A stretch of 64,000 nt of DNA from Marinicella sp. (GTDB lineage Bacteria > Pseudomonadota > Gammaproteobacteria > Xanthomonadales > Marinicellaceae), in NCBI GenBank assembly GCA_965230295.1, contig OZ246001.1, positions 2,912,001 to 2,976,000 on the forward strand, read 5' to 3'. The notes under the pieces were generated by a model. That model worked only from the letters and a program-made list of their open reading frames with translations. It was not told the origin of the DNA and searched no databases. A program made the translations under genes and the position numbers. Of this stretch, positions 21,301 to 32,155 are shown one piece after another. The stretch's first letter is position 1. Each line of letters begins with the position of its first letter.

Positions 21301-21456
21301 TTCATCACAAGTGATCAATACATTACCGATCAATTCAATGCCCCCATTGGTGTCAACACTGAATCGACTGGTGAAGTTACGGTCAATTTGGGCTTGAACC
21401 GAAGAAAAAACAAGTAAAAGGACAGCAAAAACGCTGTATTTGGATTTAACGCTCAT
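12394..21456 (-). CDS. Giant repetitive Ig-like surface protein/adhesin (~3020 aa) with DUF11-type domains; C-terminal QFVFKDTFE motif
   Basis: Probable ATG start at 21456 (the ORF track starts at GTG 21468), followed by a signal peptide. Contains a DUF11-like 'TKT...GDI...ITYDISFTNDG...VVTDPIP' domain, many 'TATDAAGNTS' bacterial Ig repeats and a C-terminal DUF11-like domain. Confidence 0.85.
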   Translation of the reverse strand: MSVKSKYSVFAVLLLVFSSVQAQIDRNFTSRFSVDTNGGIELIGNVLITCDEATTTDCADRQSGTVNGNNNIQTRYVNEDVPGGFTNSSSATLTLPAGSNVLYAGLYWGGRFADSGGGSNARRTINIKPPLAGSYSSINVGAGNLDDFSTQGSAGNRPYQVWADITTMVQTNGSGVYFVGGLSANNGADGLGFYGGWSIVVVYEDSTLPFRRLALYDGAARVTGTTPVAVTIGGLLTPASGDVTASVGALVWEGDQNISGDRFRFEGTDLFTTGINPVDNFWNSSITKSGAQITNKTPNYVNQLGMDVDFHDIPLAIWGNSEIEANIEFQTNGDSYYPNYLTFVTDLNVPDFSSSLTKTATDDNGGDIGRNDVITYDISFTNDGSDDAINTVVTDPIPANMTYVPNSLEIVSADAGPTGSLTDTVGDDAAEYDSGNDQVVFRVGLNADNSNGGEIAPGEQVVVRFQAQIDAAAPTGDIDNIVTINSNSTQLPTTDFTFQDTATVTLNDITPPTIGTCTVTPDPANNGTAVTANCTGVEAGATLTIPGYACTDNGSGNWSCTGTVGTAGVDGDETATATDAAGNTATTPANFTLDNTPPSIGTCTVTPDPANNGTAVTANCTGVEGGATLTIPGYACTDNGSGNWSCTGTVGTAGVDGDETATATDAAGNTATTPANFTLDNTPPAIGTCTVTPDPANNGTAVTANCTGVEAGATLTIPGYACTDNGSGNWSCTGTVGTAGVDGDETATATDAAGNTATTPANFTLDNTPPAIGTCTVTPDPANNGTAVTANCTGVEAGATLTIPGYACTDNGSGNWSCTGTVGTAGVDGDETATATDAAGNTATTPANFTLDNTPPSIGTCTVTPDPANNGTAVTANCTGVEGGATLTIPGYACTDNGSGNWSCTGTVGTAGVDGDETATATDAAGNTATTPATFTLDNTPPTIGTCTVTPDPANNGTAVTANCTGVEAGATLTIPGYACTDNGSGNWSCTGTVGTAGVDGDETATATDTAGNTATTPANFTLDNTPPAIGTCTVTPDPANNGTAVTANCTGVEAGATLTIPGYACTDNGSGNWSCTGTVGTAGVDGDETATATDTAGNTATTPATFTLDNTPPTIGTCTVTPDPANNGTAVTANCTGVEAGATLTIPGYACTDNGSGNWSCTGTVGTAGVDGDETATATDAAGNTATTPANFTLDNTPPSIGTCTVTPDPANNGTAVTANCTGVEAGSTLTIPGYACTDNGSGNWSCTGTVGTAGVDGDETATATDAAGNTATTPATFTLDNTPPTIGTCTVTPDPANNGTAVTANCTGVEAGATLTIPGYACTDNGSGNWSCTGTVGTAGVDGDETATATDAAGNTATTPANFTLDNDAPPAPVINAPTTGAPVTGTGEPGATVTVTTPSGATCTATVQLDGTWSCTLSPTPVDGEDITATQEDAAGNTSPPTTVAGGIDLSAPAAPTVVSQTTNNPTPVLNGTAEADSTVTIVVGGATYTTTADGSGNWSLDLASATPDSGTLNLDLNGVNDVTVTATDAAGNTSPPDATSGELVLDTTAPTAPTIDPVDENTNPVTGLAEPGALITLSGIVCDNAPVFADVNGVWSCDVTTSAPLVPGTLITATATDAAGNESGPTSTTVADSATQSVSPTIDPVADGATEITGSAVPDSTIDLAGITCSNAPVTADASGNWVCDSPSPVPATGNVISATATQSGLLASPPVTTTVFDPNVTAPPAPQVNPTDGDPVTGTTIPNGDITVLDNQGNVLCATTADAAGNFSCSPVIPAPAHNDVLSVFVTDDNGNSSLPTEVTVDAQAPAAPTVVSQTTNNPTPVLNGTAEADSTVTIVVGGATYTTTADGSGNWSLDLASATPDSGTLNLDLNGVNDVTVTATDAAGNTSPPDATSGELVLDTTAPTAPTIDPVDENTNPVTGLAEPGALITLSGIVCDNAPVFADVNGVWSCDVTTSAPLVPGTLITATATDAAGNESGPTSTTVADSATQSVSPTIDPVADGATEITGSAVPDSTIDLAGITCSNAPVTADASGNWVCDSPSPVPATGNVISATATQSGLLASPPVTTTVFDPNVTAPPAPQVNPTDGDPVTGTTIPNGDITVLDNQGNVLCTTTADAAGNFSCSPVIPAPAHNDVLSVFVTDDNGNSSLPTEVTVDAQAPAAPTVVSQTTNNPTPVLNGTAEADSTVTIVVGGATYTTTADGSGNWSLDLASATPDSGTLNLDLNGVNDVTVTATDAAGNTSPPDATSGELVLDTTAPTAPTIDPVDENTNPVTGLAEPGALITLSGIVCDNAPVFADVNGVWSCDVTTSAPLVPGTLITATATDAAGNESGPTSTTVADSATQSVSPTIDPVADGATEITGSAVPDSTIDLAGITCSNAPVTVDASGNWVCDSPSPVPATGNVISATATQSGLLASPPVTTTVFDPNVTAPPAPQVNPTDGDPVTGTTIPNGDITVLDNQGNVLCTTTADAAGNFSCSPVIPAPAHNDVLSVFVTDDNGNSSLPTEVTVDAQAPAAPVITAPLDGAITNINDPVVVGTAEPFSTVDVTGPLGESCTVQADVNGDWSCQISPALQDGSNQLTATATDEVGNTSPASTVTIEVDTLPPLAPVINVPTNGAPVTGTGEPGATVTVTTPSGSTCMALVQPDGTWSCTLVGPPVDGEDITADQTDPAGNTSPPTTEVGGIDTTPPAAPVCTVTPDPAGNGTPVTATCTGVETDATLTIPGYSCGLESGNVVICNATAGQNGVDGDEVATIQDVAGNTNTTPASFTFDDTVPNPPTINDPSNGLTVSGTGEIGATVNVSTTSGASCSALVDGSGNWTCDLSPEPVDGETATATQTDTANNVSGPATATVAYRPDLTIFFTNCVKGVDQNEQLLYELTINNSGNIDINGALINATLSPNISTPDWICMETGGASCDDNAGTGDVVNELVNLPVGSQLVYLFDSTVTGSLFDFIDVQSSVDMPAGTTDVNLLNNVAEDSDLIYQFVFKDTFECDLPGTIGSTTRQLESFLN
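13900..17094 (-). repeat. Three tandem near-identical 1065-bp (355-aa) repeats
   Basis: Antisense ORFs recur at a 1065-bp period (14210/15275/16340) with almost identical sequence. Only a few substitutions are visible (V/A, T/A). Confidence 0.92.
17356..19935 (-). repeat. Ten tandem 258-bp (86-aa) Cys-containing Ig-like repeats
   Basis: The unit 'TPPxIGTCTVTPDPANNG...GVDGDETATATDAAGNTATTPAxFTLDN' occurs 10 times. The ORF track shows a 258-bp periodicity. Confidence 0.92.
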
Positions 21457-21671
21457 AGACACACACACTATCTGTTGATTAATGTGTGATTTATATCACA
21501 GAAAATCTGAAAATAAAGGCTGTAAGTGGGAAAACTGTGAACTAATTAACAGTTTGTGACATTTGGTCAATATATATGGCACAAAGTTATAGCTAAGATG
21601 ACGTATCTTCAACTAATTTGACAAATCATGTCACTCAATAATAGAACAGTAAAATCAGTCAATTAAGTTGG

Positions 21672-22208
21672 TTACTTTACTTGTTGTGGTACCATCAGTA
21701 TGTCACTGGCTCTGTAACCTTCATCCACCGCTATGTTGACCAGTTTTTCTAACTCACGAGGATCAATTTGCGGTTTTCTGGCCATGATCCACAAGTAATC
21801 ACGTTTGGTTCTGCCGATGATGGTGTATTCATAGGCTGGATCAACATACACAATGATGAACTCTGATTTGAAGGGCCACAGGAATTGCATTTTCCATTCC
21901 GCATTGGATGGATTTTCAGTGACGACAAAACCGGTTGGGTTGTATTCTTTTTTGGGGCCGGTGAAGCTGTCTTTGTTGAAGCTGAATTGGGTGTCGATCA
22001 CTGTGTCTGACTTTTTGGTATAACTTTCTATGGCGTTATGTGCCCCTTTTTCAATGAAAGTGGGTATGTTGGCAATCACATACCAATCACCCATAAACAA
22101 ATCCAGATTGACCCGTTCAGCCATCCGGATGGGTGGTCCTTGGCGACAAGATTGGAATGCAAATATTGACACAAGCAACATGATTCCTAAACCGATGATT
22201 TTCTTCAT
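21672..22208 (-). CDS. blc: Bacterial lipocalin (Blc-like lipoprotein)
   Basis: Lipobox-like FQSC; lipocalin motifs 'FMGDWYVIA' and 'YLWIMARKP'. Confidence 0.85.
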   Translation of the reverse strand: MKKIIGLGIMLLVSIFAFQSCRQGPPIRMAERVNLDLFMGDWYVIANIPTFIEKGAHNAIESYTKKSDTVIDTQFSFNKDSFTGPKKEYNPTGFVVTENPSNAEWKMQFLWPFKSEFIIVYVDPAYEYTIIGRTKRDYLWIMARKPQIDPRELEKLVNIAVDEGYRASDILMVPQQVK

Positions 22209-22275
22209 TTGTATTCAACCTGAAAAATACCCATGTTAAATGCTGTGATGTGAAAATTGGGTCAAGCCATTGGCA

Positions 22276-22453
22276 TAAGGAATGTCTTTAGGACTTCACT
22301 GAAATTGTTCCAAACAAAAGTGAATGGAGACCACGGCGAACATAACTTGCTACCTCGCACGCACTACGACATTCAAATCGGGCTTCTTTATCTTCGATAA
22401 AACCGCCCAACTTTCATTGCCTGTGCTGGTCGAACTGTCCGACAGTTCTCCTA
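22276..22453. mobile_element. Modular palindromic non-autonomous element, family A, short copy (178 bp)
   Basis: Starts TAAGGAATGT and ends ...ctccTA. Shares a ~90-bp core (gcgaacat...ttcaaatcgggcttctttatcttcgataaaaccgcccaactttcat) with 54756-55047 and, inverted, with 37376-37466. Confidence 0.75.
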
Positions 22454-22461
22454 AGTTGAAG

Positions 22462-22491
22462 TATAAAAGCGTTTCAATTGAAACGCTTTTA
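22462..22491 (-). terminator. Hairpin terminator after the 22512-26012 gene
   Basis: ataaaagcgtttcaa/ttgaaacgcttttat: a perfect inverted repeat with A/T tails. Confidence 0.65.
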
Positions 22492-22511
22492 TGTATCACA
22501 GGTGTCAACGA

Positions 22512-25500
22512 TCAGTTGTTTTCTAAACCGTCTTTAAAGATCAAGTCAGTTTCTATCATTGAAAAAGCATCCAGGTTATATTCGAAAACAGTTCCATCTG
22601 GATTGCCTACGATCACAGCACAGAATGCTGAAGACGTGTTGTCGGGTAGCAATAACCTGCTGCTGTTTGTTTGCCATTGTGGTGTTGGCGATGCGGGTAT
22701 AACAAACTCTTCCATGTGATTTGGACCAGTGCCATTGCCATTACAATCGGCATCCTCTAACAAGGCACAAATCAAAAACAACTCTAAATTGTTTGCTTGA
22801 GATGGAACGCCCAGTCCTGATACAGATAAAGTGTGGCTGCCGGGCGATTCAAAATTAATACACTGTTCTATGCCAAGTTGAGGTGAGTTGAGGCTTTTCA
22901 TGTATACGGATCCAGACAAGGAAGAATCATCAAAGTCAACAGTACTGTCAGCAACTATGATATCAGGATTTTGTCCAATAATATTGAATGTGTTGAGTGA
23001 AATAGGACTGTCACCACAATCATCCAAATATGCGTTTGTCATCAAATTGTCTGGTTCTACTCTGAACTGGCGCTTTAAGTTACCACCCGGGGTGCCATTC
23101 AGATCACCATCGATCGCATTGCCGGCTGCATCTGTGATGTCATCACAAACCATCAACACATATTGACCAGCCGTTAAAGGTGCATCTAAGGTTAATGTGG
23201 CATCCGGGTTTGTCGGGGTACCTCCTGTGGTGAACGTATTGATGTTAATGAAACTGTCATCACCCATTACACTGTCACAAGATAAGGTTTGCAAATCTTG
23301 ATCTAATCCAGTATCGATGAGGGCGTAATTCAGGTTGTCATCGACCCCAATGAGCCCAGGGTTGTCATCCTGAAATGAAACCACGATTGCAGAAATTTGA
23401 TCATTATTTTGGCTACAAGACAAAATTTCTGTGATAGAAGGGTTGGCATCGATCAAGGTCACAACCGGAATGATTTGATCAACTGGTGTCAACTCCGTAT
23501 CGGCATCATTGTCGATGGCGTTAAAGGCAGACAAGGTAGCGGTGTTTGACAATTCGGTCACGCCTGGATCCAGGCTCTCATCCACCTTAACCGCAAAGAA
23601 GACGGTGTCTTTACCAGAAAGACCAGGTAAACCACCGATGTCATAGGTACAGGTTGAACCTGCTGAATTGTCCGGCACGCAAGCCCATCCAGCGGTACTG
23701 CCGGGGGGATAGAATGTGGTGTTGTCAGGAACCGTTTCTGTGATGAGGGCATTCAAAGCATCCCGATCCCCTTCATTGAAATTAATGAGGGTGTAGTTGA
23801 TGACTTTGCCCAGTGCTGCGGTAACGCCTCCATCGGTTTTAACAATCCTCAAATCCACTTCAGCATCAATGGGCGTGGTGTCCTGAGCATTCGCTGCAGT
23901 GGCATTGCTGGCATCCATCACCACCGTGTTGGTCAATTGAGAAAAAATACCGGGTACCGGGGTGTTGAGCGTCAATGCAAAATCTGCTGAACCGTTTGTG
24001 CCACCGCCCACAGTGCCTAAGTCAAAGGTACAAGTACTGCCAGCTGTGTTGTCAGGTAAACATACCCATCCTGCCGTACTGGCAGCCGCATCGAATACAG
24101 TCTCTGTCAAGACCGTTTCACTCAATGTGGCGCTGTCAGCATCCTGATCACCTGTGTTGCCATAATCAATCTGATAAACCACTGTGGAACCGGGTGTTAG
24201 GCTGATGTCGCCATCGGTTTTACTGACACTCAAAACAGCTGCCGATGTAACTGGTGTTGAATCTGATGCCATGTCATCGCTGGCATTGTCAGCACTCAGC
24301 GTAACGCTGTTACTTATCTGTGTGGTACCGGCAGGTACTGAGCTGATGATCTGAACATCGAAAGTGGTGGAAAAATTTGTTCCTGCCAGATTGCTTGGCA
24401 AAGTCGTACACGTAGATCCCGCGCTATTGTCGGGCAAGCAAGTCCAATCGAAGGGTGCGGTTGGTACATAGTTGGTATTGGTTGGTACCACTTCCGTTAA
24501 AACGGCATTACTGGCCACTTGATTACCTGTGTTGGTGGCGACGATGTCGTAGGTAATTGTGTCACCAGGAACGGCATTGATTAAATCATTGTCTGTTTTG
24601 GTGACTGATAAGACTGCAGCTGAGGTGATGGGGGTGGTGTCAGCTGCCATGACATCATTGATGGCGTTGTTGGCACCCAATGTCACGCTGTTGCTGACAG
24701 CTGTTACGCCGACGCTGACATAATCATCAACCTGGACCGCGAAGGTGGCTGAATCTGAACCACCAGGTCCGAGTTCAGCGGGTGTCAAAGTACAAGTGGA
24801 TCCTGCCATATTATCAGGCAAACAAGCCCATCCAACCGTGCTGCTGCCAGGTAAAAAAGTGGTCTCAGCAGGTACGGTTTCGGTTAAGGTAATTCCAGAT
24901 GTGGCTCCTGCACCTGCTGCATTGGCATAATTCAATGTGTAAGTGATGGTGCCACCAGGTGCTGTATTGGTCACATCACCGTCAGATTTGGTGATGGACA
25001 ATTCAGGTCCGGGCAAAACTTCAATGCCGGCATATCCATTGGTTTGGACCAGACTGGCATTTTCAATGTCGACGTTGGTGCTGGACTCATTAATCAGGTC
25101 GATGGTATACATGCTCCATTTGTTGGCATTGGGACCAGTCGAAGGGCGTCCGAAGAAAAAATATTGACTCGATTGGTAATTCAGGGCCGATAAGCCACTG
25201 GCAGTGGTGATTGGATCGCCAAAATCAATTTCAATGTTGGTGTTGACTTCAGGCTCCCCGCCATCAGAAATATCTCCTTCAATTTTTGCCAAGCTGCGAG
25301 CGCCTCCACCCGGGCTATAAAGCACCCAAAGCGCATCACTGGATTGGTCCCATTCGAGACCAAAAATATTGCTGGGAGTGAAATCGCCCCAGAAATCATC
25401 CAGAATGAGTGAAAAGTGTTCGTCAGTATTGGCAGTTGAAATGACATACAATTCGCCGTCACCGATGAAAAATGCGCGTTGTCCGGTCGAGTCACCAGTC

Positions 25501-26012
25501 AGCAGGCCAGAACCCAGTGCCACACCAGATCCAACAATGGCGCTGTGTTGTTGGGTCACATTGCCATTGGTTGGATCAATGATCGCCAATTCAATAGCAA
25601 CCCCGCGATCAAATAATGCGTACAAAACAGCATTGGGTTCGTCGTACCAGATCCCCCAGTTGTTGGATGTGGTATAACCGGCTGTCAAGGCAGGGTTGGT
25701 GTCAGTGATTCCAGTGGTTAAATCCACCGTATAGATTCGATCCACATTGAGGTCATCTCTACCAATGAAGTAAGATTTATTGTTTGCCACGTTGAGTGCA
25801 GTTGCTCCAGTGGTCATGTCCAACATACCGGTTTCTACTGAGGAGTCTGTACCCAGTAATGTGATGGTACCTGTGGTAGGGTCAACAGTTCCGATTTGTT
25901 TTTCGCCCAAATCTGTTGCAGGTGGCAGTCCAAAAAACCCATAAACTTCTTGAGCAATGGCAGATTGACCACACAAACAGATAAGAAGAATAAGTAATGC
26001 GCATGATTTCAT
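22512..26012 (-). CDS. Secreted DUF11-repeat protein with an N-terminal beta-propeller-like region; C-terminal DLIFKDGLE motif
   Basis: 1166 aa with a signal peptide. Four 'L.ITKSDG...PG.TITY...N...TETVP..T.F....GW.C.PDN.AGSTCT' DUF11-type repeats, then a C-terminal jelly-roll-like domain. Confidence 0.8.
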   Translation of the reverse strand: MKSCALLILLICLCGQSAIAQEVYGFFGLPPATDLGEKQIGTVDPTTGTITLLGTDSSVETGMLDMTTGATALNVANNKSYFIGRDDLNVDRIYTVDLTTGITDTNPALTAGYTTSNNWGIWYDEPNAVLYALFDRGVAIELAIIDPTNGNVTQQHSAIVGSGVALGSGLLTGDSTGQRAFFIGDGELYVISTANTDEHFSLILDDFWGDFTPSNIFGLEWDQSSDALWVLYSPGGGARSLAKIEGDISDGGEPEVNTNIEIDFGDPITTASGLSALNYQSSQYFFFGRPSTGPNANKWSMYTIDLINESSTNVDIENASLVQTNGYAGIEVLPGPELSITKSDGDVTNTAPGGTITYTLNYANAAGAGATSGITLTETVPAETTFLPGSSTVGWACLPDNMAGSTCTLTPAELGPGGSDSATFAVQVDDYVSVGVTAVSNSVTLGANNAINDVMAADTTPITSAAVLSVTKTDNDLINAVPGDTITYDIVATNTGNQVASNAVLTEVVPTNTNYVPTAPFDWTCLPDNSAGSTCTTLPSNLAGTNFSTTFDVQIISSVPAGTTQISNSVTLSADNASDDMASDSTPVTSAAVLSVSKTDGDISLTPGSTVVYQIDYGNTGDQDADSATLSETVLTETVFDAAASTAGWVCLPDNTAGSTCTFDLGTVGGGTNGSADFALTLNTPVPGIFSQLTNTVVMDASNATAANAQDTTPIDAEVDLRIVKTDGGVTAALGKVINYTLINFNEGDRDALNALITETVPDNTTFYPPGSTAGWACVPDNSAGSTCTYDIGGLPGLSGKDTVFFAVKVDESLDPGVTELSNTATLSAFNAIDNDADTELTPVDQIIPVVTLIDANPSITEILSCSQNNDQISAIVVSFQDDNPGLIGVDDNLNYALIDTGLDQDLQTLSCDSVMGDDSFININTFTTGGTPTNPDATLTLDAPLTAGQYVLMVCDDITDAAGNAIDGDLNGTPGGNLKRQFRVEPDNLMTNAYLDDCGDSPISLNTFNIIGQNPDIIVADSTVDFDDSSLSGSVYMKSLNSPQLGIEQCINFESPGSHTLSVSGLGVPSQANNLELFLICALLEDADCNGNGTGPNHMEEFVIPASPTPQWQTNSSRLLLPDNTSSAFCAVIVGNPDGTVFEYNLDAFSMIETDLIFKDGLENN

Positions 26013-26094
26013 GATTTTCCCCGAGATTTTTTTATTTATTATAGCCCACGAACAGAAAAATATGCATGAAACTAACTTGATCTAGGTCATACTA

Positions 26095-26649
26095 ATGTCT
26101 CAATTATCATCATCTAAACAGCAAATGACTCAAAACGCCAAGTCTTGGTATGGAAACAAATACCTCAGTTTACTCCGTGATGTCTTGTTGATCGTTTTAC
26201 TGATGTCAGCGATTTCCTGGTGGCTTAACCGGGGTTCATTGGCCGCAGCTGGACAATTAGCACCGGCTTTCACCTTGTCCACACTGACAGGTGAAATCAC
26301 ATCTCTGAAGGAACATCAAGGCAAACAGGTGTTGCTGTATTTTTTTGCACCTTGGTGTTCTGTTTGTCGCTTGTCTGCTGACAACCTGAATGACCTAAGG
26401 GCCGCACGTGAAGATGAGGAGTTATCAATTCTGATGGTGGCTTTATCCTATGAAAGCCGCGCTGAGGTTGAGGCTTTTGTGGCAGACCTGGATTTACAGG
26501 TACCTGTGTTATTGGGTACTGCACAACAATTCAATGACTATCAAATTGTTGGCTTTCCAACTTATTATGTGATCGATGAAGCAGGCAACTTGGCTTCTAA
26601 ATCCATGGGTTACAGTACAGAATTGGGCATGCGAGTCAGAACCTGGTGA
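26095..26649 (+). CDS. TlpA-family thiol-disulfide oxidoreductase
   Basis: N-terminal TM, 'APAFTL', WCSVC active site and a 'FPT' cis-Pro motif. Confidence 0.85.
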   Translation: MSQLSSSKQQMTQNAKSWYGNKYLSLLRDVLLIVLLMSAISWWLNRGSLAAAGQLAPAFTLSTLTGEITSLKEHQGKQVLLYFFAPWCSVCRLSADNLNDLRAAREDEELSILMVALSYESRAEVEAFVADLDLQVPVLLGTAQQFNDYQIVGFPTYYVIDEAGNLASKSMGYSTELGMRVRTW

Positions 26650-26715
26650 GTTTTGCTCACAAAGCCAGATAACAAGGCAATCACAGCTTTACCATCACTG
26701 GTTGAAACCGTATAA

Positions 26716-29717
<3,002 letters not shown>

Positions 29718-29727
29718 CCTCAGATAA

Positions 29728-30732
29728 ATGAAATTATATTTCAACCAACTGGAAACACAGCTGAAACAACAACTGCTACCGGTGTATTTGTTGGTGGGTG
29801 ATGAACCCTTACAGTTACAAGAAGCTGGTGATGCCATCAAAAAAACAGCACTGAAACAGGGTTTTACAGAACGTGAAGCCCATTTGGTAGATAACAGTTT
29901 TCAATGGCATGAACTACAAAACAGTGCCGGAAACATGTCATTGTTTGCTACTCAGCGCATCATTGATTTACACATGCCTACTGGCAAGCCGGGTACCAAA
30001 GGTTCTGCCAGCATTGTTGGTTTCATCGAAAACATGCCTACTGATGTCATGCTGATCATCCGTTGTGACGAATGGAATGCCGGTAATGACAAGACCAAAT
30101 GGGTCAAAACCATCATCGAAAAAGGCGCCTTTTTGCGTGTCTACCAACCCAAAGCAGCAGAATTACCCAAATGGATCAGACAGCGGTGTCAAAACATCGG
30201 TTTGAAAGTTGATAATGATGCCATCGGATTACTCAGCATGCGCCTGGAAGGCAATTTATTGGCCGCTGCACAAGAACTTGAAAAGTTGAAGATGCGTTAC
30301 GTCAACCAAACAGTGACTGGTCATGATGTGGCCAGTTTGGTGGCTGACAATGCCAGGTTTGATGTGTTCAGATTAACGGATGCTTTGTTCGACAACCAAC
30401 CGGTCAGGGCGATCAGAATCCTGCGATCGTTACAAAAAAACGACTTGTCAGCAGTCATCATCCATTGGGCATTGGAACGGGAAACCAGAATGTTGTGCGA
30501 GTTGTCATTCATTCGTTCTCAGAAGCGCAATGTGAGTGCCGCTGATTACCGCCGGTTTGGGATTTGGCAAAATCGCCAGGCCACCATTCAAAAAACCTTG
30601 AATCACAGGCCATTGCCACATTGGGAACAGTGTTTGCAAGAGCTCTCAGTCATTGATCGCATGATCAAGGGCCGCAAGAAAGGCAATGTTTGGCTAGCCA
30701 TTGAAAACTGGGTCATCTTGTTTGTGAGTTGA
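29728..30732 (+). CDS. holA: DNA polymerase III delta subunit
   Basis: Motifs 'VYLLVGDEPL', 'SLFA', 'EGNLLAAAQELEKL' and 'FDVFRL'; gene order. Confidence 0.95.
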   Translation: MKLYFNQLETQLKQQLLPVYLLVGDEPLQLQEAGDAIKKTALKQGFTEREAHLVDNSFQWHELQNSAGNMSLFATQRIIDLHMPTGKPGTKGSASIVGFIENMPTDVMLIIRCDEWNAGNDKTKWVKTIIEKGAFLRVYQPKAAELPKWIRQRCQNIGLKVDNDAIGLLSMRLEGNLLAAAQELEKLKMRYVNQTVTGHDVASLVADNARFDVFRLTDALFDNQPVRAIRILRSLQKNDLSAVIIHWALERETRMLCELSFIRSQKRNVSAADYRRFGIWQNRQATIQKTLNHRPLPHWEQCLQELSVIDRMIKGRKKGNVWLAIENWVILFVS

Positions 30733-30733
30733 T

Positions 30734-32155
30734 ATGCTGTTCAACTCAATCACATTTTTGCTGTTTTTTGCTTGGGTGATTTTGGTTCATTATTCGGCAT
30801 TGAATTGGTCATTGAAGAAATCGCATTTGTTGATGGCAAGCTACCTGTTTTATGCCGCATGGAACCCACCCTTTGTGATTTTGTTGTGGCTATCAACCTT
30901 GGTGGATTGGCAGGTGGCCAACAAAATTCATCAACAGCAAGACCCCAAAAAACGCAAACACTGGCTTTGGCTCAGTTTGGGCGTCAACCTGGGGATGTTG
31001 GTGGTGTTCAAATATGCAGGCTTCCTGCTGGCTAATTTCAATGCGCTGTTACAGTCTTTAAACATTGAAATCACTTTCGCAGACCCGGGGTTGATTCTGC
31101 CCATGGGCATTTCATTTTTTACCTTTCAAACACTGTCATATACGCTGGATGTGTATTACAAAAGACTAAAACCTTGGCACAGTTTCAAAGATTACGCCCT
31201 GTTTGTCAGCTTTTTTCCTCAATTGGTCGCAGGTCCCATTGTGAGGGCAAGGAACTTTTTACCCCAGTTAGTCTCCCAGAGCAAAATTGCTTTCAACCAG
31301 TTTTCAGTCGGGATCTGCTTTTTCATCATAGGTTTGTTTCAAAAGTCTGTCATGGCAGATGGTTTTTTCGCGCCTGTGGTGGATCAGGTGTTTGCCAACC
31401 ACGAATCACTGGATTCGACTTCATCATGGTTGGGGTCACTGTTTTTCAGTGCCCAGATCTTTTGTGATTTCTCTGGATATTCTTTGTGCGCCATCGGCGT
31501 GGCCATGTGTTTGGGCTTTCAATTACCCATCAACTTCAAGTCACCATTTGCGGCCATCGGTTTTTCAGATTTGTGGCGCCGGTGGCACATCTCCTTGTCT
31601 TCATGGTTAAGAGATTATTTATACATTCCATTGGGTGGAAACCGTAATGGTCAACTCAAGCGCTATCGGAATTTGATGTTGACCATGTTGTTAGGTGGTT
31701 TGTGGCATGGGGCGGCATGGACATTCGTTTTGTGGGGTGTGTTACATGGATCCTTTTTAATCATTGAGCAGCTGTTGAAAAAATGGGTTCCTGCTGATGG
31801 AGTCCATACTTCAAAGTTGGGGCAATTTGTTCTGGGTCTGTTAACATTTTTTGCTGTTATGCTGGCCTTTGTGGTCTTCAGGGCTGAGAATGTAACACAA
31901 GCTTGGCACATCATATCTGCCATGTTCGTCTCTAACAGTACACGACCATTGATTCAACAAGATGCGTGGTTATGGATTGTTTTGAGTGCATTTTTATTGA
32001 TGATGGTCGTTCAGTGGTACATGAGAAACAGAGATTTGTCGCAAGTCATTAACAGCATGCCGTTATTATTTCGATCTCTGATCATTGCAATGGCATTGAT
32101 TTTGATATCATTGTCTCCAGGAAATTCAAATGCCTTCATCTATTTCCAATTCTGA
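30734..32155 (+). CDS. MBOAT family O-acyltransferase (AlgI/DltB-like)
   Basis: Motifs 'MLFNS', 'LPMGISFFTFQ', 'FFPQLVAGPI', 'WRRWHISLSSWLRDY', 'GLWHGA' and C-terminal 'FIYFQF'. Confidence 0.93.
   Translation: MLFNSITFLLFFAWVILVHYSALNWSLKKSHLLMASYLFYAAWNPPFVILLWLSTLVDWQVANKIHQQQDPKKRKHWLWLSLGVNLGMLVVFKYAGFLLANFNALLQSLNIEITFADPGLILPMGISFFTFQTLSYTLDVYYKRLKPWHSFKDYALFVSFFPQLVAGPIVRARNFLPQLVSQSKIAFNQFSVGICFFIIGLFQKSVMADGFFAPVVDQVFANHESLDSTSSWLGSLFFSAQIFCDFSGYSLCAIGVAMCLGFQLPINFKSPFAAIGFSDLWRRWHISLSSWLRDYLYIPLGGNRNGQLKRYRNLMLTMLLGGLWHGAAWTFVLWGVLHGSFLIIEQLLKKWVPADGVHTSKLGQFVLGLLTFFAVMLAFVVFRAENVTQAWHIISAMFVSNSTRPLIQQDAWLWIVLSAFLLMMVVQWYMRNRDLSQVINSMPLLFRSLIIAMALILISLSPGNSNAFIYFQF

Noticed and set aside
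21459-21468. (AC)5 tract immediately upstream of the adhesin start codon as a phase-variation switch
   Set aside because: Five dinucleotide units is too short to support slippage without population data.
22324-22719. ORF 22324-22719 and ORF 54853-55050 share the peptide 'ARTTxFKSxFFIFDKTAQLS'
   Set aside because: The similarity comes from translating the non-coding family-A repeat core. The reading context differs between copies, so these are not treated as genes.
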